Origin: Rhynchopus sp. YZ270_cl-10
Taxonomy: Eukaryota
DNA: 64,000 nucleotides
Reading direction: 5' to 3'
Assembly: GCA_964035575.1 (NCBI GenBank)
Contig: OZ037846.1
Span: forward strand, 186,001 to 250,000
In this document: positions 36,997 through 47,497 of the stretch, piece by piece
Numbering within the stretch: the stretch's first letter is position 1
Layout: the number at the start of each line of letters is the position of its first letter
Made by a program: the position numbers and the translations under genes
Notes under the pieces: model-generated
What the model saw: the letters and a program-made list of their open reading frames with translations, nothing else
The model's database searches: none
Told to the model about the DNA's origin: nothing

Positions 36997-38577
36997 ATGG
37001 CACTCCGCGAGCTACCCGAAGAACTGGCGAAGCTGCGTACTCGGTTTGAGTCCGAAGAGGAAGGAGCGCGGTTCTTCTGGAACCCCCAAACTGGCGAGGG
37101 GTCCGCCGACGCTCTTGGCTTCCCGCCGAAACACGCCGCCATCCTCAAGGAACGGTTTTCGTACCCGTACCGCGTGCTCAGTGGCACCTTTGAGGCGGTG
37201 GTGGCAGCGTGGACGGGGGACACTGTCGCGGAGAATGTGTTGACGGTGTACCTGCGTGAGTTCTGCGAAGCCGATGTGCGACCGGACTGGAATCTGATGA
37301 AGATGGTGGGAGCCATCCACGCCCTGAGGGTTCGCTCTTCTTCTGACGAGGCGGATGAGGAACCTGTGCCCGTTTGCAGGTCCAAGAGTCAGTTTGCTTT
37401 TGCGGAGGCGCGGAAGGGCACACCCCATGCCTCCGCCGGTCAAGGCGACGTGCCCGCACCCCAGCAGATGAAAGAATGGATGCTGGGTGAGCAGGCGCAG
37501 GTGCTCCTTGGGCAGGAGGTGGTGATCTCCGGGTACCCCCCTGGAGGGAAGGAGACCCTCCATCACGCAGGCAAGCTGGTTGGCCTGGGGAATAAGGTGT
37601 TTGGTCTTGTGCGCAGCAGTTGCTACAACAACGTCGCAGAGGGCTGTGTGCCCCATGAGGGAGGTGATGAGTTGGTGGCGTTGCCTGTGGCCGGATGGCG
37701 CTACACGCGCATTGTGGCGCTGTCTCTGCATCAGACAGAGCAGGCCCGCCAGAAGATGGGGCACCAGGCAGAAGCGGCGGAGAAGGAGGCGAGCTCGATC
37801 CGGAGTTCCGCAGAAGCCGCACTTGCGCAGCGCGACGCGGAGATTGCCCGCCTCCGCCAGGCGAACCGGCAGCAGGAGGAAGATGCCCGCCTGCAGAGCG
37901 GCATCAACAGTTCGATGGAGGTGCAGATGAGGGAGCTGCAAGCCGAGGTGGACCGACTGAAGGTGTCGCAGTCCTCATCACAAACACACACACACACGGC
38001 CCCCACCTACACACGGGTAAAGACGGACGTGGCGGACGACGGGCTCTGGCACGATGCTGTGGCTGAGAACGGACCGCTACCACCACGCACCAACCCACAA
38101 CCTACAGACGAGCTCGACATGTGGGTCAAAGACCCAGTGGTGGCGGAGACGGTCGAGGAGTGGGCGGACCGTATCCGCAACGACTCGGCGGGCCTCATCT
38201 TGGAGCTCAACCAGTACTTTGTGTCTGGATTGAAGCATGGACCGGGGGGGGCGGCCCTGCAGTTGACGTTTCAGTGGATGCGTATGTGGATACTGGCTGC
38301 GGAGTGGACGCCGTCGTGGAAGGGCACCCCCCACCGCGTCCTCGGCAACATGCTTCTTCGGGAGTTACACATACAATACGCTTTCGCGTCAGAGCGTGTC
38401 CCTCGCAAGGACATCACCCGTGCCACCGCACAGTCGACTCCGGGACATGAAGTGGCTCGGTATGTGCAGACGCGCCCTCCTCCAAAATCACACAAGGGAG
38501 GCAAAGGCGGTGCGGCAGCGCATGGACAGAAGACCGGCCCACCGGGAAACGGGAAGGCCGGGAAGGGGAAACAGTGA
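36997..38577 (+). CDS. ORF1 gag-like protein (526 aa)
   Basis: ATG immediately after repeat A1; central coiled-coil; basic Gly/Lys-rich C-terminus; assignment rests on position only. Confidence 0.75.
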   Translation: MALRELPEELAKLRTRFESEEEGARFFWNPQTGEGSADALGFPPKHAAILKERFSYPYRVLSGTFEAVVAAWTGDTVAENVLTVYLREFCEADVRPDWNLMKMVGAIHALRVRSSSDEADEEPVPVCRSKSQFAFAEARKGTPHASAGQGDVPAPQQMKEWMLGEQAQVLLGQEVVISGYPPGGKETLHHAGKLVGLGNKVFGLVRSSCYNNVAEGCVPHEGGDELVALPVAGWRYTRIVALSLHQTEQARQKMGHQAEAAEKEASSIRSSAEAALAQRDAEIARLRQANRQQEEDARLQSGINSSMEVQMRELQAEVDRLKVSQSSSQTHTHTAPTYTRVKTDVADDGLWHDAVAENGPLPPRTNPQPTDELDMWVKDPVVAETVEEWADRIRNDSAGLILELNQYFVSGLKHGPGGAALQLTFQWMRMWILAAEWTPSWKGTPHRVLGNMLLRELHIQYAFASERVPRKDITRATAQSTPGHEVARYVQTRPPPKSHKGGKGGAAAHGQKTGPPGNGKAGKGKQ

Positions 38578-39769
38578 CTCCCCCTCTTCTCGGCCCGCCC
38601 CCCCTGTACATCCCCAGCAAGTTATTCCCATTGTCCCAACCGCCCCACCAACGCGCGTGTGCAAACGAAGGTGTCCACCTCCGATGCAGCTGTGCCCGCC
38701 AGCCTCCCCGCCAAGTCAAGGGTCACTGCAGCCCCCAGCAGCAACACCGCCGCGCAGCCCCCCCCCAACACACTTACCACACCACACAGATCCCTACCCC
38801 CATCCCGGTATTACCCCCCCATCTCTTTTTGGAGAGGCCGTACTGACGCATGTAGCCACCTCCGGGCGGGTGCGTCCCATATCTCGAGTGAAGGAGACAG
38901 AGGTCAACCCGAAGCAAGCGACCGAGTGGCTGCTAGGCGTGGTGGAGGACATGTGGGCCAAGCGCACGTCGCAACAACGCAAATACCTGTGGTCCAGGTT
39001 CGCAGTGTGGACGGGCCTGCACCAGCTGCCGATGACAGCCGACACAGCGGTGTTGTTCGTCCTTGCCACTCAAGTGTCAAAGCAAGGGCAGCTCACCTAC
39101 GCCAAGGCCCTATCAGGCACCTTCACCCACATCGGCCTGGGCAACCAACCGCTGCTCAGCTTTGCAGCAGCGCTGCGGGCCGCAGGGGCGGCAATTCCCA
39201 CAAGCCAAGCCACCCCGATTCCTCGCAGAACCCTCCTCCAGTGGGCAGAGCACCAGCAGAACGACCTGTGCCTCTGCGCAATGCTAGCTTGGAAAACGGC
39301 CAGCCGTTGGGACGAAGTGCAGAAGTTGGGATCAGAGCAGTTTGTGAAGGTGACGCCCACAGAGGTGATAGTGGATTGGCACACCCTACCGAAGGGGCGC
39401 CGGGGGGACCCCTTCACGCCGTCGAAGTTGGTAGTGGTGACAGGCGCGCTCACGGAGAAAATTGCGTCCCTCTACGGACGGCTGAAGCCCTTCCGCTACC
39501 TCACGGAGACCACCACCGAGGCGCTGACGGAGAAGTGGCACCACACGCCAGGGATGACCTCATTCTCGGGGCACAGCATCAAGAGAGGGGCAGTGACCCA
39601 TCTCCTGTCGTTGCTGGCGGAGAAAAAGCCCGTGAACCCCTCCCTCATTTCCGTGCTGGCGAAGCACAAGGTGGAGGTTGCGCTGTCGCCCACCACCATC
39701 AGGTACGCAGGGGACCCAGTCGCTCTGGCGAAAGCAATCGGCACGCAGGACGTGACGAAATGGCTGTGA
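38447..39769 (+). CDS. ORF2 tyrosine recombinase
   Basis: Catalytic set visible: WKTASRWDE (R), LPKG (K), GHSIKRGA (H-x-x-x-R), LAKHK (H), TTIRY (Y); first ATG 38447, true start uncertain. Confidence 0.9.
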   Translation: MKWLGMCRRALLQNHTREAKAVRQRMDRRPAHRETGRPGRGNSDSPSSRPAPPVHPQQVIPIVPTAPPTRVCKRRCPPPMQLCPPASPPSQGSLQPPAATPPRSPPPTHLPHHTDPYPHPGITPPSLFGEAVLTHVATSGRVRPISRVKETEVNPKQATEWLLGVVEDMWAKRTSQQRKYLWSRFAVWTGLHQLPMTADTAVLFVLATQVSKQGQLTYAKALSGTFTHIGLGNQPLLSFAAALRAAGAAIPTSQATPIPRRTLLQWAEHQQNDLCLCAMLAWKTASRWDEVQKLGSEQFVKVTPTEVIVDWHTLPKGRRGDPFTPSKLVVVTGALTEKIASLYGRLKPFRYLTETTTEALTEKWHHTPGMTSFSGHSIKRGAVTHLLSLLAEKKPVNPSLISVLAKHKVEVALSPTTIRYAGDPVALAKAIGTQDVTKWL

Positions 39770-41421
39770 TGGTGGACAAGTTCGCCCGCAAGCAACACCG
39801 CATCACCAAGCGGTCCCAACACACCCGCCTCCCCTGCACGGACGAAGAACGGGCCTCCCCCCTGCATGCTGTGAACGTGTCCCCCTTGGTATTGAGCAGA
39901 GTCAAAGGCATGATGCGTCCTGCCATCCTGGACAGGTTCAACGAGGTTTGGCAGGCAGCTTTCTACCCCACGGAGCTGTCAGGAGAGGCTTCTGCACATC
40001 CTTCTCGTCTGAGTGCAGAACACGCCGCTGTACTCCAGGATACAGGCATAGCTGTGCGTGCAGACGGACCCGGAGTATGCTGCAACATCCCCTTCACTGT
40101 TGTGGAAGAGAAGCCCACAGGTCTCCGCCAACGATTCATCCTCTGGACTCGTGAGGCCAATGACGTCTTGGATGCTGCCGGCTATGAAGCTCAGGTGCCT
40201 CTGGGTCATGTGTCGAGGTACTTGTCTGCGGTTGAGAAGGAGTGTGGTAGTGTTCGCGACCTGCGATGCGGGTTTTTCCAGGTCGAAATCCCAACTGAGT
40301 CTCGCCGCTACTTCCGCTACACGGACGACAATGGTGTTTGGTGGGAGCTGACGAGACTACCGATGGGTCACTCCTGCGCCCCAGAGCTCATGCACACCAT
40401 CACAGCAGTGATCGGAGGCGACCCCGCATATGTCCAAGAGAAGCACGTCGCGCAGGGAGTGACCGTGCATACGTGGATCGATGGAGTGCGCTTGTGTGGG
40501 TCGCGTGACGACGTAGTTGCTGCAACGAAGCGGATGGACTCTCGCGCCAGCAGCTGTGGGATTACGTGGAAGCCGGAGGACTCTGTCACGGCTAGTGAGT
40601 CATATGTGTTTATTGGTGTTGATTTTAAGCATACGTCCAGTTCAGTGACCCCCTCTCCCAAACTGTTGGACAAAATTTTTTCCCTTGAGTTAAGTGTTGC
40701 ATCTGCGAGTTCTTTGGAGTCCCTGGCGGGCAGACTGCTGCACGCCACCGCCATTGCGGGGGTCTTTCCGGGAAAGTTTTGGTTTACGGTGAAGTTTTTG
40801 AGGCGTATTTCGAACGCTCTCAATGCGGGCAGACGTCTGCCCAGCGACTCTATTGTTATCCCTGCTTCGGTGCGTAAGGAGTTAGCCAGTTGGCGCTCCG
40901 CTGTGTGTATGCCGCGTGTTTTTAAGCCCCCCTCCCCCCATTCTTCCCTTGCTGTTTTTATTGATGCTTCTCTGAAGGGTTGGGGCGGTGTCATTGTGGA
41001 CCGCCGTAGCAACGAAATGACTATTGTAGGTGCTAGTTGGGACTCCCAGGAGTCTGAGCTACACATTAATGTGCTGGAAGCTCTTGCGTTGCGTAACACT
41101 ATAGCCGCCCTTCCCGACTCCGCGGCCGGTGGTAAGGTGGATATCTGGGTTGACAACACTTCTGTGGTGGGTGTGGCCCGGAAGAAAATTTGTACGGCAT
41201 CCAAGATTCTGAATGACGCGGTGGTGCAAGCTCTTGCGCGTTTGGAGCACTTGTGGTGTACAATTTCATTACAGTGGATCAGTACCAAGCTCAACCCTGC
41301 TGACAAACCCTCTCGTGTTCCCCCTTCCTCCCTCTCCTCTCCCAACCTCATGTTTGAGGTCCAACGTGCGGTGCGGTTGTTCTTTACTGGCGTCGGGGCG
41401 GATTCGACTAGCTCGGCCTAG
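39760..41421 (+). CDS. ORF3 reverse transcriptase + RNase H (frame is open upstream to 38578)
   Basis: RT: DLRCGFFQV, RLPMGHSCAP, WIDG (YxDD position), YVFIGVDF; RNase H: FIDASLKGWG, HINVLEALA, VDNTS, NPADKPSR (DIRS-type). Confidence 0.92.
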   Translation: MAVMVDKFARKQHRITKRSQHTRLPCTDEERASPLHAVNVSPLVLSRVKGMMRPAILDRFNEVWQAAFYPTELSGEASAHPSRLSAEHAAVLQDTGIAVRADGPGVCCNIPFTVVEEKPTGLRQRFILWTREANDVLDAAGYEAQVPLGHVSRYLSAVEKECGSVRDLRCGFFQVEIPTESRRYFRYTDDNGVWWELTRLPMGHSCAPELMHTITAVIGGDPAYVQEKHVAQGVTVHTWIDGVRLCGSRDDVVAATKRMDSRASSCGITWKPEDSVTASESYVFIGVDFKHTSSSVTPSPKLLDKIFSLELSVASASSLESLAGRLLHATAIAGVFPGKFWFTVKFLRRISNALNAGRRLPSDSIVIPASVRKELASWRSAVCMPRVFKPPSPHSSLAVFIDASLKGWGGVIVDRRSNEMTIVGASWDSQESELHINVLEALALRNTIAALPDSAAGGKVDIWVDNTSVVGVARKKICTASKILNDAVVQALARLEHLWCTISLQWISTKLNPADKPSRVPPSSLSSPNLMFEVQRAVRLFFTGVGADSTSSA

Positions 41422-41815
41422 CCGATTTACCCCAACGTCTTTTTGCAAGTATATGATTAAAAGAAAAAATAAAGGAACATTTTTGAGTAGGCTAAAGCTA
41501 TTCTTGGGGTTTACCGAGGGAATAGCAAAGCCGAAACTAAAACGTGTAACCCCCCAAAACCCCCCTTGCTTTTTGGGGTTGTTGTTCAACGGGAAACCTC
41601 CTCGCCAACCACGTACCATCACTGAATTAGGTTCGGGTGGTTTTCCCTTTCAGCTTTTTGTGTCGTAAAAGCTTTTGTATTTTCCCTCCCTCCCTCACCT
41701 CCGCCTCCAGCGGATTCGACTAGCTCGGCCTAGCCGATTTACCCCAACGTCTTTTTGCAAGTATATGATTAAAAGAAAAAATAAAGGAACATTTTTGAGT
41801 AGGCTAAAGCTATTC

Positions 41816-41966
41816 CTGTGTATACTGTGTATACTGTGTATACTGTGTATACTGTGTATACTGTGTATACTGTGTATACTGTGTATACTGTGTATACTGT
41901 GTATACTGTGTATACTGTGTATACTGTGTATACTGTGTATACTGTGTATACTGTGTGTACTGTGTA
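41816..41966. repeat. (TACTGTGTA)n satellite, right part (~17 units)
   Basis: Resumes in exact register (CTGTGTA...) after repeat B2. Confidence 0.98.
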
Positions 41967-43033
41967 CTTGTCCATTTCGGCAAATTGACCCCACCACTGG
42001 CCGGACGGATTCCGGAAATGCAAATGCCGGTGTTTAAAAGCTTCACCAAGGATTTCACCGAGGAAAAAAAAAATTTCCCCTAGCACGATGATTCCCGATT
42101 ATGCACGATTATGCACGATTACTCAGGATTACGCACGATGACACCCGATGACGGCCGATGACACCCGATTTAGCGCGATTCACCCCCCCGGAAAACGCTC
42201 CATTATGAGAGCAAATTTTGGGTCTGAAAAACTCAACTCCATTTTTGATTCCCCACAAAAAGGAAGAGAAACGAAAGTTCTGTAAGGGGGGAGGGTTTTT
42301 TCCCCCCCATTTTTTTTTCTTTTTTTTCTTCTTTTTTTCTTATGTTCTTGTGTTCTCCCTGCCTTCACACAACGTACCACCCTAAAAGGTCTTTATCTCT
42401 TATTTTTTCTTCATTTTTTTGACATACGACTTCACGGACCTTGACACTCACATATCTTTCCAAATATTTGTTTTTTTTTTTTTACGATTCGCTTTTGACA
42501 ACCAGAAAACCCCCCGATAGCCTAGTCATGCAAAATAAAAGCGTGGAAACTCAAAAATTTGATTTTGCTTTTCATTCAAAAGCGGAGAGAAACAGAGAGA
42601 GAGAGAGAGCGAGAGAGACGGAACAATAACAATGAATGCCCTCTCCTCACTTCGAAATGTCAAACACGTTCACGGCAGTGTCATCGAAAATACGCTGACT
42701 TTTGTCCAGGGGGATAAAGAAAAATGCAAAAAGGAAAGCTTTGAAGGCATACCATACACATAACCACTTCCTCTTGAGCGCCGAACGCAGCCCAGTAAGA
42801 TAGTGTGTGGTGTTGTATGAGGGAGGGGATGGGGCAGAACGCACGACACGAAAGGCGTGTCGAATATAGATTCCTAATTTAGCGAAAGAACGTTGGTGGG
42901 ATGAGAAAAGCCACAACGCTTATGTCATCTTCACATTCGAAACAAAATCAAACAATTTTTCAAAACAAAAAACAAAAAAACAAAACAAAAAAGTCATGTG
43001 TACGGGGTGCGTAGTGTGTGTGCATGTGTGTGC

Positions 43034-45245
43034 TCACAGCTTCGCCTGCTGCGCAAGCTGCTTCTCACGCTTCTTGCTCCACGACTCAGCAGTGCTGCCG
43101 TCCTCAGCAAGCTTCGCCAGCAGCGGGCACGGCTCCTCACCTGCTGCACGCAGACCCTTCACAACCTCGTCCAGGCCAAGGAGGTCGGCGTACTGTTGTG
43201 GTGTGGTGGTGGTGGAGGATAGAGGATAGAGGGTAGAGGGGGAAGACATCGGTGTGAAACAATAAACATACCTTCATCGGGCCTCCCAGGTAACGCGGGA
43301 AGTTGTACCCGTAGACAAGCGCAACGTCGATGTCGGACGCACGCGAGACAACACCCTCCTCCAGGAGACGGAAGCCCTCGTTGATCACAGGGAAGTACAC
43401 ACGCTGTGCAAGCACCTCGGGGGTGAGGTTCGGGCGTGTCACACCGGTCTCCTTCCACACACGCTGCATGAAGGCTGCCACCTCAGGGTTGGGCTGTGCA
43501 CGGCGCTTCGCGTCGTACACGTACAGCCCCTTCCCGCTCTTCATCCCGAAGTTTCCGTTTGCGAACAGGAAGTCCGTCACGTTCCCCTTGGTGTCCAGTG
43601 TGCCCGCACGCTCCTTCTCGCGTCCGAACAGGTCCAGTCCCACCAGGTCGTTCATGCGCATAGGGCCCATGCGCATACCGAACTTCTCCGCAGCAGCGTC
43701 AATCTCCTCGGGCAGGAAGCCAGAGTACAGCATCGAGGTCGCCCCCTGCTTCCCCATCATCCTGTTCGCAACAAACCCGTGGCAGTTGTTCACAAGCACA
43801 CAGATCTTCCCAATACGCTTTCCAAACGCCATCGCCGTCGCAATCGTGCGTCCAGACGTCTTCGACCCACGCACGTTCTCCAGCAGCGGCATCACGTTCG
43901 CAGGCGAGAAGAAGTGGCACCCCACCACATCCTCAGGACGCGATGTCGACGCAGCAATCTCGTCGATGCTCAGGTAGCTCGTGTTCGTGGCCAGGATGCA
44001 GCCCTTCTTGCACACAGCGTCAAGCTTCCCGAACACCTCCTTCTTGATGTCCATGTTCTCGTACACAGCCTCAATCACCATGTCGCAGTCCTTGAACACT
44101 GCGTAGTCCGTGCCAGACGGCTTGATGTTGCCAAACGCACGCTTTGCACGTGCCTCCTTCATGCTCCCACGCTTCACAGACGTCTCGTAGTTGGCACCAA
44201 TCACCTTCATCCCCTTCTCCAGGAACTCCGGCTTTGCGTCCACAAGAAGCACCTTGATCCCTGCGTTTGCACAGGACATCGCAATGCCTCCACCCATCAG
44301 GCCAGCTCCGATGATCCCAACTGTCTTCAGGGGGGCGGGCTTCGTCTTCAGGCCGGGCACCTTCCAGCAGGCACGCTCTGCGAAGAACATGTACTGCATT
44401 GCCTTGGCCTGGTCGTCGGTCATGAGCGCCATGAACTCTTTCCTTTCGGTGGCCATACCAACCTTGAAGAAGTCACCAGCCGTGGCAGCCTGCACACAGT
44501 TGATGATGGCCTGCGGCGCGTTCTCCCCACGGCGCACCTTGCCCCACTTCTTGCGTGCCATGTCGAACACGGCAGGGCTGCCCACTGCGTTACGGCTGCA
44601 GATCCTGCGGTTCGCAAGGTTCACTCCACGCGAGGCAACAGAGGCACAGAGCTGCACACCTGCAACGACGATGTTCCTGTCCACCACCTCGTCCAACACG
44701 CCCAGCTGCAGCGCCCTCTGGCTGGGGAGGGGTGCACCCTTGCACATCAGCTCGATCGCCTGCTCGCATCCGAGCAGACGGGGCATTCTCTGGGTACCTC
44801 CGGCACCAGGCAGAAGGCCGAGGTTCACCTCAGGCAAACCCAGCATCGAACGGGACGTGGCAATGCGGTAGTGGCAGCCAAGCGACACCTCGCACCCACC
44901 TCCAAGCGCAACACCGTCAATGGCAGCAACAACAGGCTTCGTGCTGGCCTCGATGCTGTGGATGAGCTCCACAAGGTTGGGCCCACGCATGCCTCCGCTG
45001 AACTCAGAGATGTCAGCCCCAGCACAGAAGGCACCGTGTGCACCGGTGACAACAATCCCGTCGACGGTGGTGTCGGCAAGCGCACGCTTCAGGTTCTCGT
45101 CAAGCCCCATGCGGATACCGCTCGAGAGCGGGTTCATCGGGGGGTTGTCGAGCGTGAAGACAGCGATGTTGGACCCCTCGCAGTGGCGCACCTCGTAGTG
45201 CACCTTCCCCTTCGGGACGAACGGCTTCTTCTGTCCACGGGCCAT
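43034..45245 (-). CDS. Peroxisomal multifunctional beta-oxidation enzyme (enoyl-CoA hydratase / 3-hydroxyacyl-CoA dehydrogenase), copy 1
   Basis: Exons 45245-43272, 43192-43034; FCAGADI, ALGGGCE, LPEVNLGLLPGAGGTQR, GAGLMG, EAVYE, TNTS, HFFSPA; C-terminal PTS1 AKL. Confidence 0.93.
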
Positions 45246-47497
45246 TGGAGAGGTTGGGTCTTTGTCTTGTCTGTGGGGTGGTGTGAGTGGAGGGGGATAA
45301 GGGACACATTCGCATATGGGTATCGGGCAGAAAATATCACAACAAATAAAAAGATCCAGCACTACACACCTTTGGGGATATGGAACCCGGGGTGTTGTAA
45401 TAGGAAGTTGCCTACTGGAAAGCTACATTCCAAACTTTTAATTTTAAATATGACATGGCGCGATGCAGAGGAGGCAGGTTGGAGAACAGGGTGGCCTTCA
45501 AAGTCCTGCTCTCCGACGCTGTGGAAGGCGCGACCAAAGTGGGTGGTCTCATGTTGTAGGACGTATGAGACACAACACCATCATGTCACAACATCATCAG
45601 GACTTTTTCCTGAAATCGTATCCTCTGACGAATGACGCGTGTGAGTCGGTCATCGCAGTACTGAAGAGTGGTGGACCAGGCGGCAGGTAATTTGGGGGGA
45701 AACCGGAAGGGGTACCAAAAAGACTGCAGCCATAGCTCACTGCCCCGGTGGAATATTGCGCAAGCTGTGTGACTTCGGTTGGTCACTGTTGCTGAGGCTT
45801 CGGGTCATTTCCTCAGTGCAGACGGAACGTTTGGCAGCTGGGTCGTGAAAGATGGCAATCATCAAAAAGGCAAAGGGGGAGGCGGCAGACAGAGCTGATG
45901 GGGAGCAATGTGATCAACACACACCTGCACCAGGTTGTGTGGGGTTTTGCTTCTTTTTTGATAAATTGTTGGAGTAGTGTAGTTGCCTCGGTTGTGTTGC
46001 CACAGTTGTGCAATCTCCACTGTCCAAAAGTTCACTCACTTTTTTTGAGATCCTTATTTGAAACAGTGCCAGGACACCCCGAGGATGTGCCCACGCTACA
46101 TTTTCATATCAGTGACTGAATCCATCACGAAATGTCAAACTTTTGCTAAATCTGAGTAAAATCTGGCTCATTTCGGGTATTCCCCTCAAACATCCCAAGG
46201 ATATGCAGTTAAGTTTCATGCAAAACTGTGCTAAAGCTAAGTAAACTGCATTTTTCCGGAGTACTGCGCAATAAAATGCAAAAGAAAAATAATCAAATAA
46301 GAAAGCCCTAGTTGAACCCAACTTAACGGCGGGCCACCACGTTGACACATTCCGTGACAGCCACTAAGATGATAGATTTATGCGCGTTGATGCTAAACGG
46401 GAGACAGATCTACATGATATATAACGAAGTGAAGTTGACACAGCGCAAAACGCCTCTGACAGTAGGCACTGACACTTCGCATGAATACTTCGCGTGAATA
46501 AGGATGAAGCCAAGCCTCGCTTAGTCACCTGTATAAATATCAGTGAAAATTTCAAAAAAGAAAAAAAAAAAAACAGACAATGGATATTGCACAACTGTGG
46601 CAACACTACTGAGGCAACTACACTACTCCAACAATTTATCAAAAGAAACAGAAAACCCGGAAAAGTTGGCAAGGTAAACCTGCCTCGTGTTTGGCCAACT
46701 GTTTCTCCATGAAATTGTGGTTAGAACGAAAAATGGATTGCCTGACGGCGATATAACACTTTTCTCGTTAGCCTGCTATAAACACGAATACGTCCGTTTA
46801 CGACGCATCCTTGGGGAAAGAGAACAAAACAGAAACGAAACAATTCTTGGGGGGAAAAAATAACCACTACTAAAAAATGAACCTTCTTCCACAGCAATAA
46901 CACACACGAGAAGCCGTCTTCTTCGCTGGGGGGAATAAATTTCTTTCAGCATCACAACACTCATCACACGGCAACACATGCCCAAGAGGAACCTTGGGCT
47001 GTACATGACAGGGAGGGTATGGGCAATGACATGCTCTTGCCTGGGGAGGTATATTTTTTTTTGTATTGTGCTCAGGTAGCTACGTGCCTTTTAAAAGGCC
47101 ATCGTATATTTTTGTTTCGATACCAGAAGAGAAAAAAAAACAGAATTGGGACGGAAATTGAGAGAAAAAAATAAATGGCAAATATGCAAATGGAATATGC
47201 ACTGCTTAGTCATTGTAGTTGTTTGATGCATTGACTCTTCCACACACACAATCTCACCTGTTGGGGTGGTGGGAGCACGGTTGGATGAGTGAACTACGTT
47301 GACACTTTCCGCTCACAAAGTAGTGTGCGTCAAAAAAAAAAAAAAGAACTTGAAACATACAACCCCCACCCTCCCATCCACTAACCAAAACAAAGTTTAT
47401 AAACTACCCAACTTTCCTCTTTTTTTGATTTTTGATTTTGTTTTTTTGAAAACTTTTAGCACCAATAGTAGACATCCCGAGGATGAGTTTCCACTAT

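Larger units (their letters stand above)
36807..41815 (+). mobile_element. Tyrosine-recombinase retrotransposon with split direct repeats (VIPER/TATE/Ngaro-like), apparently intact
   Basis: A1 36807-36986 = A2 41504-41683 (180 bp); B1 41398-41503 = B2 41710-41815 (106 bp); three long ORFs gag, YR, RT-RNaseH; no TSD. Confidence 0.95.
36439..42202. mobile_element. Non-autonomous TGG...CCA DNA transposon (755 bp net) hosting the satellite and the retrotransposon
   Basis: TIR TGGAGCGTTTT / AAAACGCTCCA; 5-bp TSD TTATG (36434-36438, 42203-42207); GATGACGCCC-like decamer subrepeats at both ends. Confidence 0.8.

Noticed and set aside
38544..38550. G GGA AAC slippery heptamer near the gag end as the route to YR
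   Set aside because: A -1 shift enters the frame that ends at 38846, not the YR (+1) frame
43779..45635. Long plus-strand ORFs (618 aa here, 522 aa at 51404-52972, others opposite the helicase and cyclases)
   Set aside because: Antisense shadows of GC3-rich genes with no recognisable motifs
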